From positions 1 to 58,336 of IMG/VR virus record IMGVR_UViG_3300035388_000018: a stretch of DNA of 58,336 nt, one strand, 5' to 3'. This stretch comes from a virus. Its lineage: Duplodnaviria; Caudoviricetes. A model generated the notes under the pieces. It worked only from the letters and a program-made list of their open reading frames with translations, did not search any database and was not told the origin of the DNA. Numbering within the stretch: the stretch's first letter is position 1; every line of letters begins with the position of its first letter. Made by a program: the position numbers and the translations under genes. Shown piece after piece: positions 44,964 through 51,809 of the stretch.

Positions 44964-45006
44964 AAAAAAATAACCCGAGCCCCTGTTTTTACAGGCGTTC
45001 GGGTTA
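44964..45006 (-). terminator. Terminator downstream of the lipoprotein gene
   Basis: TAACCCGAGC...GTTCGGGTTA stem with an A-run on its left (U-tract on the minus strand); a second hairpin at about 45015-45045. Confidence 0.65.
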
Positions 45007-45049
45007 GTATGGCTTTTCGCCAACTTATAGGATAAGTTGGCGAAAGGAT

Positions 45050-45568
45050 TTAATTGTAAATTATATTTAAAATATGGTCCTGGTTGACTCCCTCCCATGC
45101 TTCCGAATAAAGCCCGTCAAGTTCAAAACTCTTTCCGTCAACGGCTATGGCCCATTGTGCGGTTACCGGAGTGCCCATGGGCCACATTTCGATATCAAGG
45201 TAGTCATCGATGGCGGCGGCTATGCCTTCAAGGGTGTTCGGTAGATTTCGCAAAAAGTCGGTTTTACCTTTTGAAAGGGCGTCCTCTAATATTTGTTCCT
45301 GGGAAACATTGGTTTTGATTTGCAGGACGGCGGCGTCATGTGTTTTTTGTGAAATGGTGCCGGCGAACTCAACAATATTTTGCCCTTTGTCGGTTTGCCC
45401 CTTTGTCCAGGTCGGATTATCGAAGGACCCTTCAAAAGCATTGCCGATTGTAAGCGTTTGGTATCCATCCATGGTGGCGTCTTTTACCGAATCAATATCA
45501 TTCGCATTGGAACAACCGGAGAGTGAGAGTAAAAAAAATACTGCGATGATCGAGATTCCCTTTTTCAT
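45050..45568 (-). CDS. Lipoprotein (moron-like)
   Basis: MKK + hydrophobic core + LSGC lipobox; own terminator. Confidence 0.8.
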   Translation of the reverse strand: MKKGISIIAVFFLLSLSGCSNANDIDSVKDATMDGYQTLTIGNAFEGSFDNPTWTKGQTDKGQNIVEFAGTISQKTHDAAVLQIKTNVSQEQILEDALSKGKTDFLRNLPNTLEGIAAAIDDYLDIEMWPMGTPVTAQWAIAVDGKSFELDGLYSEAWEGVNQDHILNIIYN

Positions 45569-45688
45569 GTTTTCCCCTTTTCTGCTTTGATTAAAAAACG
45601 TTTCTGTGATGAGCTTTTAATTTAAAAGATCAAGTTCTGATATTTTTGATTAGAATATCGGGTTATACCTTGATAAAATCAAGAGAAA

Positions 45689-46114
45689 TTATGTACTGGT
45701 CACGGTTTTATCTGATCCGGGACCGTCGGGCGGGATTACTCCAATTTTTTCAAGCCGTTCAATCCATTCGGCGGATGATTTAAAGGTTAACCGTTCACCG
45801 CCGTCATATTGATTGAGTAGGGCGGCATAGTGACTTTGTAATTTGACACTTTCCGACAATGCTATTTCCATTTTATCCATAGGGTGCTCTCTCAATGCTT
45901 CATTTAATACGCTTCGAAGCAATGCGGTTGCCTCTTTCTGTGCACCCTCAAGCGTGGCCGCCTTCAGTTCCCTGGCATTGAGAACCCCATAACAGGTTGC
46001 AAGCCATGTTTCACCACAACCTATATAATGGTGGACACACAACCTCAAAACACCGAAATCTCTTGATGACTCCCTTACTTCCTTTTTGCGCATTTCGTTT
46101 TTCCACTCTTCCAC
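45689..46114 (-). CDS. Hypothetical protein
   Basis: GAGGGG RBS, GTG start; SVKLQSHYA.LLN.YDGGER.F motif. Confidence 0.65.
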   Translation of the reverse strand: MEEWKNEMRKKEVRESSRDFGVLRLCVHHYIGCGETWLATCYGVLNARELKAATLEGAQKEATALLRSVLNEALREHPMDKMEIALSESVKLQSHYAALLNQYDGGERLTFKSSAEWIERLEKIGVIPPDGPGSDKTVTST

Positions 46115-46136
46115 GGGTCCCCCTCTCTAACTGTCT

Positions 46137-46985
46137 TTATGCTGCTTTGGGTAATTTAAGCTGGCGGTCCTCTTCTGTAAAACGTTTTTCAAAATCATGA
46201 ACTGTTTTATAATCCTTAAACCCCCGGTTATGCTCCGGCCGTGCCGCATCCATTTCAAGCGTATTCGTCCATAAGTCGGGGTAATGTTTTCTCAGCGTCC
46301 GGAGGTCCCCTATTCGCTGAAGCGGGCAACAATAACATGAAACTCTGCTAAAATGCTCATACAATCCGCCCCATCTGTATTCGTGATCATAGCAATATTG
46401 CAGTGCGTCGGCTTCCGTGACGCCCCATTCTATCAATGGGTATCGCCCGGGATATTTGGAATCATCTTTAATCCGATGGCTTTCGTCGGCAGCATAGCCA
46501 ATACATGAAACCGGATTCGGTATCGGCTTCATGAAATAATTAAGGGTATTGACCTTTTCACGGGTACACCACCGCCGGCCGGGTGAAGGCCAGCTATTGC
46601 CATACCTGTACACTTTACCCTTCAACATGCGCCTTAATAATACTTTCGATTGCGGCATGATATCCGGCATTGTCTGGTATTCACGCATTGTTTCGAACTT
46701 TTTTTGCAGATCCGGCAACGACAATTTTTTTAATGCGGTCATATTGGCAATAATGGGCCGGTGAAACATCCAATAGTCAAAGGGCAACCGGCTATGCAGT
46801 CGCCAGATTTTAAGGCCGGTCCGTTTCTCAAGCAAATTGATATGATCGTACATCCCCGGGAATTCCCAACCGGTGTCAAAAAATACGACCGAATGAATGG
46901 GGATACCGCGTTCTATCGCCATGAGTAGCATGGCGGTTGAATCTTTGCCGCCGGACAGGGAAAATACATTGTTTTGTTCAATCAC
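46137..46985 (-). CDS. PAPS reductase-family (PP-loop) protein
   Basis: SLSGGKDSTA, FFDTGWEFP, RWCT..K, IGYAADE..R, RVSCYCCP. Confidence 0.88.
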   Translation of the reverse strand: MIEQNNVFSLSGGKDSTAMLLMAIERGIPIHSVVFFDTGWEFPGMYDHINLLEKRTGLKIWRLHSRLPFDYWMFHRPIIANMTALKKLSLPDLQKKFETMREYQTMPDIMPQSKVLLRRMLKGKVYRYGNSWPSPGRRWCTREKVNTLNYFMKPIPNPVSCIGYAADESHRIKDDSKYPGRYPLIEWGVTEADALQYCYDHEYRWGGLYEHFSRVSCYCCPLQRIGDLRTLRKHYPDLWTNTLEMDAARPEHNRGFKDYKTVHDFEKRFTEEDRQLKLPKAA

Positions 46986-47008
46986 GCTATAAGCTCCTTT
47001 TTCTGTTT

Positions 47009-47052
47009 GCCAAGTTTCCCCGTTTAAACCATAAAACTTGGCAAGCTGTCAA
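47009..47052 (-). promoter_or_regulatory. Promoter/operator unit 3
   Basis: TTGACA on the minus strand; GCCAAGTTTC-N14-AAAACTTGGC. Confidence 0.75.
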
Positions 47053-47164
47053 GGGTTTTTTAATCCGGATATGTAACAAATTTGGATTTTAAAACGCAAA
47101 CCAACCAAAAAACGCATATTCGCGTTTTCCCGGCAGTTTGCGTTTTTCCCGTCAGCCTATTCCA

Positions 47165-47320
47165 TCAGGCATCCCCCTTGTCGACTTCGATATGTGATGA
47201 TTGTTCGTTACATTCGGGGCAATAAAAAAAATCACCATTTGCGTATGTGGCCGCAAGCGTTACGAATATATTATTGCCCTCATATCCACAATGAGGGCAA
47301 TAAAAGCGCAAAACGTTCAT
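47165..47320 (-). CDS. Small zinc-ribbon protein
   Basis: CPHC...CPEC; ATGA overlap with the thymidylate synthase stop. Confidence 0.6.
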   Translation of the reverse strand: MNVLRFYCPHCGYEGNNIFVTLAATYANGDFFYCPECNEQSSHIEVDKGDA

Positions 47321-48132
47321 ATCGAAATTTCCTTTTTGCTGGCAATCTTCAGACACCGGGCTTCGGCCAATTCAACGGCATACCCATACATATGGAGCCC
47401 CTTGCTGCTAATAACCATTTCCCCCTGATCAACTCCGATCATGGCGGCCATGTATTCTTGCAGTAAACTGATCCCTGCAAGATTGGCCGGAAGCCCGTTC
47501 CATAGATCCCATGACCGGAAATAAATATGGAAATGCAATTTTCCGTCCTGAATCCTGGTGTCGATATGCCGCAAGCAGGGCGGATCCTCAAGAAGCATGT
47601 CAGTTGGCTGCCCTACCTGCAAAACGATTTGGTTGTTTCGTGGCCCCTTGCTTCTGTATGTCCATATTGCGAATTCGATTTGGTTTAAATACCTACGCCA
47701 CGGGGATATATAGGAATGACCACTATCTATGATGAGAGCCCCTGCGGTTGTGGCGTCTACAACCCTACATTCAGATTGGTTGTCATCGACCAAAGGCATG
47801 CGGGTCAACCGTTCACCGTATGTATATTGCTCCCCCTCTTTTTTTTCCGGCGTCATAAGGTATTTCCAGTATTGTTCGGCAACATAATCCTTTTCAACCG
47901 GCGGTGGCAGTGTGCTGCCTTCTGGCAGTTCCGGGACCAATGGCCGGCCGTCAACATCCCTGAGATACGGCTTTTCAATATAACCTGTGAAATAATCGAA
48001 TTCAAGACGTGTCTGGCCGGCATAGCTGCCCTGGTCAACGATGAACGTTTGGCCATGGTCAAGTATGGCGTGAACTGCCCTGAACCATACATCCGGCAGC
48101 GTTGTTGCTTTAATCGTTACTGCATCTAACAT
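47317..48132 (-). CDS. thyA: Thymidylate synthase-family protein
   Basis: YTYGER, DPPCLR (catalytic Cys), YFRSWDL..GLPAN, LHMY. Confidence 0.85.
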   Translation of the reverse strand: MLDAVTIKATTLPDVWFRAVHAILDHGQTFIVDQGSYAGQTRLEFDYFTGYIEKPYLRDVDGRPLVPELPEGSTLPPPVEKDYVAEQYWKYLMTPEKKEGEQYTYGERLTRMPLVDDNQSECRVVDATTAGALIIDSGHSYISPWRRYLNQIEFAIWTYRSKGPRNNQIVLQVGQPTDMLLEDPPCLRHIDTRIQDGKLHFHIYFRSWDLWNGLPANLAGISLLQEYMAAMIGVDQGEMVISSKGLHMYGYAVELAEARCLKIASKKEISI

Positions 48133-48260
48133 TTATTCTCCCCCCAAGCATTTTGAATGTGAATTATTATGAGCCCAAATCCTTTTTTTTAGCCATTGGC
48201 ACCAGGTCCGGCCGTTAAATTTGCGGTGGCCGGCCCGGGCCGCGTATGATCGATAAGTTT

Positions 48261-49151
48261 TTATGATGCCCCCTGCGCCTTTTTATCGTGAATATCACGG
48301 ACGTATTGCATAAGATCGACTGTCGGCAGTATGGCTATATCCACCAAGGATGCAAGGTAGGCGTTCCCGCCGACTGCTTCAAGTTTGCCATCTTTTTTGA
48401 GTGCGTCAGAAATGGTTACAAGGTCGATGAGTTGGTGAAAGGCAAACAATTCCGTAATCGCTGTAAATATTTTCCGGTGAACCGGTGTGAAGTCTTCAGG
48501 TTCCAGGATATTCATGGCTTTTAAAAGGAAATCATCGTTTAACAGTGTCGCGCCGATAACCATCCGTTCTATTGCTTTAATGTCTGTTTTGCCTTGAAAT
48601 TTTTCCCATGCCTTGAGGTCCCCATTTGCAATAAACACCCTGTATTCGCCTTCCTGCGTCAATCGTATCGAACACAGATACTTACTGCCCGGGAACTTAA
48701 AGTAGGCGAACGGCGTCAATTTGGGCCATCCACCACGAAACTGGATGATGGTCAGTTGTGGAAATCTTTTTTTACATTCGGTTTTAAACTCTGCATAGGT
48801 ATTGTTGACGGCCTGCTTTCTTTTTTCCCGGGCGTCGTAACATGCCTGATTGCAAAAAACCCTGCGCCCCGAATAAACGACTTGTGACAAATCTTCTATG
48901 GTCGATTCAGATATGTGGTTAAAACAGTTTTCACATTCAAAATACCATTCATGATTTTCAATTAAAACTTTGGGCGGGACAAACCCCTGTTCGGCGTATT
49001 TGTCAAAAAGGGGACGTCTTTTGCAGGTGACGTATTCGGGGTTTACATCAAGCTCATTCGCTCCCAGGCGCCTTGCAGCTGTCCCGTCTTTGTGAAAAAC
49101 AATGGTTCCACGGTGTTCATCATCATCTTCTTGCACTTCCCATGCTTTCAT
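48261..49151 (-). CDS. Cys-rich phage domain fused to a DnaB-helicase N-terminal domain
   Basis: C-terminal E..VIGA.LL.....L.PEDF...HRKIF.AI..L.....IDLVT....L...GKLEAVGG.AYLASL; no helicase ATPase domain. Confidence 0.8.
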   Translation of the reverse strand: MKAWEVQEDDDEHRGTIVFHKDGTAARRLGANELDVNPEYVTCKRRPLFDKYAEQGFVPPKVLIENHEWYFECENCFNHISESTIEDLSQVVYSGRRVFCNQACYDAREKRKQAVNNTYAEFKTECKKRFPQLTIIQFRGGWPKLTPFAYFKFPGSKYLCSIRLTQEGEYRVFIANGDLKAWEKFQGKTDIKAIERMVIGATLLNDDFLLKAMNILEPEDFTPVHRKIFTAITELFAFHQLIDLVTISDALKKDGKLEAVGGNAYLASLVDIAILPTVDLMQYVRDIHDKKAQGAS

Positions 49152-49160
49152 GTTCTCTCC

Positions 49161-49658
49161 TTATAAATAGGGGTTGTCGTAAATTAAAGGGATCACGCCT
49201 CTCAGATGTAACCGCCTTAACGCTGAATACATAAGTGCTGTCTCACCCTTTGTGTTTATTTCTGTAAAATTGAAGTTGGGGTCTGTCCAGGTATTTCCTT
49301 TGGGGCCCACTTTTTGCCTTGCTGCCCCGTTGCCATCAACCCAAATGAGACCCCATTTATCAGGTAAGTCTTCAGGCATTATTAACCCTTTTGCGCAAAG
49401 ATAAAAACGGATCCGACCAACTCCTTGCCATGGCTGTTTTCTAATAAATTTTCTTTTATCGGCGTGGAAATCGGCCCTTGAAGCCTTGCACTCAATAAGG
49501 ATTGAGAGTCCAGACCTAAAACCAATGGCGTCGGGTGTTTCGCCGGCAAGCGTCGTTAATTCCTTGAACGCAAATCCACATTTTTTTAAAAGCCATTTCT
49601 CAGCGATGCCTACCAGGTCTTTATGCGTATATTTTGTAATTACTTTTTTCTTGCTCAT
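49161..49658 (-). CDS. PD-(D/E)XK (MmcB-like) nuclease-fold protein
   Basis: E.PDAIGF...SILIECKASRADF.AD..K, RFY, LP.KWGL. Confidence 0.7.
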   Translation of the reverse strand: MSKKKVITKYTHKDLVGIAEKWLLKKCGFAFKELTTLAGETPDAIGFRSGLSILIECKASRADFHADKRKFIRKQPWQGVGRIRFYLCAKGLIMPEDLPDKWGLIWVDGNGAARQKVGPKGNTWTDPNFNFTEINTKGETALMYSALRRLHLRGVIPLIYDNPYL

Positions 49659-49660
49659 TT

Positions 49661-50281
49661 TTAGAACAACCTCATTTGTGCCGGTGCTTTCCCTCTTTTG
49701 ACAAGAAACATACGCGATTTTTCAGCCCGAAACAGGGAATAAAACTCCCCCCCCTGAGCCACATAATCCCCGGCAAAGGCGGGGTTGTCGCTCTGGAAGT
49801 CAAAGGGATAACCCAGAACAAAGCCCCATGCCTCAACTCCCGCGTAATAAGTGTATTTGCAAACTTTCCTAATGCGAAAGAGTCGAATTGAATCAATACA
49901 GGGGTCCCGAAATTCAATCATGTCCCCCGGGAAAAGAAGTTTGCCTACGTCTTTTTCCCCTGGCGGTGTTTTCCTAAGCCTGCAACCGTCTGCAAGGACG
50001 AATTCGTTTTCGGTTTCCTGCGCTATTTTATTAATTTTCCGTCGGTTCTCTATGTCTCCACTGTTCATACCCCTCAGACATTCGTTGATATGGGTGACAG
50101 GGGTGTCATAATCAAAGGGTTCAAGTCCTGTCGATTCCTGAATAGCCCCTGTGAAAAAGTCTTTACCTTCAGTCTCACCTTTTGCGGTAAGCCGTTTTGC
50201 AAAATTCGCGGCCTTGCGTTCTGTACCTTCAAACCGTTTTATCCAGTGTTTTTCATGGTAAAAAACAAGATGTGTTGTCAT
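49661..50281 (-). CDS. Hypothetical protein ending in a clamp-binding-like motif
   Basis: 206 aa; C-terminal QMRLF. Confidence 0.65.
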   Translation of the reverse strand: MTTHLVFYHEKHWIKRFEGTERKAANFAKRLTAKGETEGKDFFTGAIQESTGLEPFDYDTPVTHINECLRGMNSGDIENRRKINKIAQETENEFVLADGCRLRKTPPGEKDVGKLLFPGDMIEFRDPCIDSIRLFRIRKVCKYTYYAGVEAWGFVLGYPFDFQSDNPAFAGDYVAQGGEFYSLFRAEKSRMFLVKRGKAPAQMRLF

Positions 50282-50292
50282 TTAAGCTTCCC

Positions 50293-50499
50293 TTAGAATG
50301 TTTCTTTTAAGACCATGCGGGCCAATTTTTGACATTGCCTGGCGTCAAGGCCGTTATCTGCAATGGTTTGCAAAGCGTTCTCCATGGTTCTGTATCTATG
50401 CTCAAGAATCCGTGTCGAGAAGGCTTCCCCCTGGCCAAAAACGACTGGCGGTAATGCGTCCCATGTTTTTATTTTTCGTATTTCAGCTGTTGTAGCCAT
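50293..50499 (-). CDS. Hypothetical protein
   Basis: AAGGA RBS; tight operon spacing. Confidence 0.55.
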   Translation of the reverse strand: MATTAEIRKIKTWDALPPVVFGQGEAFSTRILEHRYRTMENALQTIADNGLDARQCQKLARMVLKETF

Positions 50500-50511
50500 T
50501 CTATTTTTCCT

Positions 50512-50919
50512 TTATAGCCATCGAAAATTTTTAGAATCCGGAATGTCCATGTCAAAGAAGTCCCATAAAAATTCACGCACCCTTTTGACATAGCTGGCGA
50601 AATGTTTTCTATCCATTTCCCGGGTTCTGACAATCGTGAAGACACCAGGTTCGTCCGGATCATACTTGCGGGAACAATAATAAAGTAGCCACTCATGGGC
50701 TTTTAATTCTGAATACCCCGTCCATTCACACAGCCATAACCGGACTATGACTTTCCGGTAGTAAGCATTCAGGCCCATGGATCGTTTTTCCGGTACCGGC
50801 TCTACTGAGATATAATATTGGCCGTTATCCAAGCCGGTAATGAAATCGCGGAACGTTTCTTTGCTCCGCCACCTGGGCTGGTGATCCCAGACAGCAATTG
50901 ACATAAACGGTGTTATCAA
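50512..50919 (-). CDS. NinB-like recombination protein
   Basis: KRS...NAYY, GY....HE, T..M....F..Y, IPD. Confidence 0.7.
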   Translation of the reverse strand: MITPFMSIAVWDHQPRWRSKETFRDFITGLDNGQYYISVEPVPEKRSMGLNAYYRKVIVRLWLCEWTGYSELKAHEWLLYYCSRKYDPDEPGVFTIVRTREMDRKHFASYVKRVREFLWDFFDMDIPDSKNFRWL

Positions 50920-51230
50920 TTATCGCCCCATTCGCCCACCACGAGCTTGTATTGCTCGACAAGACCATGGCAATACATGCAAAGCGTTACGCAATTCTCC
51001 ATGGTATCCAAGCGCCCATGGCTGCGTTTTTGTTTGTGATGCACGGATAAAACGCTATTCGGAAACGGCATAGGTTCTTTTTTGCTCGGGCAGTCCGGAT
51101 TCCTGCATTCGTAATTGTCACGAGCAAAAACAGCCTCAATAAATGCCGTGTATTCTTTTCCCTTTTTGACCACTTTTTTTTGTTTTGGGACGGCAAAACC
51201 GCCCCAGTCGATAGCCTGTTTACGCTTCAT
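50916..51230 (-). CDS. HNH endonuclease
   Basis: RD.YEC...C, VHH...RSHG....EN.VTLC..CH. Confidence 0.85.
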   Translation of the reverse strand: MKRKQAIDWGGFAVPKQKKVVKKGKEYTAFIEAVFARDNYECRNPDCPSKKEPMPFPNSVLSVHHKQKRSHGRLDTMENCVTLCMYCHGLVEQYKLVVGEWGDN

Positions 51231-51414
51231 CGGTTATGGCCTGTATGTGGAAGATCGCACCGGAAAGCACCTGGCGAAATTCGGTGGGGATGTTTTTATT
51301 AAGGCAATCACTGATCGTTTCAGCCGAAAGGCCGGCTTTGATTTTTTCAGTCATTTGCAAAATGGCGCCCGGTGCCTGTTCTTTTACGAATTCAAAACAT
51401 TCATGGTTGGTCAT
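51220..51414 (-). CDS. Hypothetical protein
   Basis: Translationally coupled within the operon. Confidence 0.5.
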   Translation of the reverse strand: MTNHECFEFVKEQAPGAILQMTEKIKAGLSAETISDCLNKNIPTEFRQVLSGAIFHIQAITDEA

Positions 51415-51737
51415 TATTCGCTTTCCCTTTTCCTTGCGGTGGTTCTGGGTTCCGGTGTGATAATAATTTGCCCGTTTCTAAAATCAATCCATAGGTCGTT
51501 GTAGCAGGCCCGGATATTCGGTCCGTCTCCTGTAATGACAGGTGGTATGCAGGGCCGCTGGAAGACCTGAACGGGTAGTTGTTTTTTGGGCGGGACATCC
51601 GGGGCAACTTCTATTTCAATTTCATAACCTGCGTCTTGTAGCTCTTTGTATCGTTGGTTGAGATCATCTGTGCCTTCAGCTATCCAAGTAACGTATCGGA
51701 GTACCGGATGATTGCCTTTGATTAAAAATCTTTGCAT
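51414..51737 (-). CDS. Hypothetical protein
   Basis: AAGGA RBS after a GC-rich hairpin. Confidence 0.55.
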   Translation of the reverse strand: MQRFLIKGNHPVLRYVTWIAEGTDDLNQRYKELQDAGYEIEIEVAPDVPPKKQLPVQVFQRPCIPPVITGDGPNIRACYNDLWIDFRNGQIIITPEPRTTARKRESE

Positions 51738-51809
51738 ATCACTTTAATCCTTTATCTCTTTTTTTCTTTCCGGCGCCCGGACACAGCACGGCCCGGGCCC
51801 GGAAAGCGG

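Noticed and set aside
47317-48132. dCMP hydroxymethylase for hypermodified DNA
   Set aside because: The specificity position is Asn (GLPAN), typical of dUMP-using enzymes, and no glycosyltransferase or kinase partners are visible.
48261-49151. Ban/DnaB replicative helicase
   Set aside because: Only the N-terminal domain is present; there are no Walker motifs.
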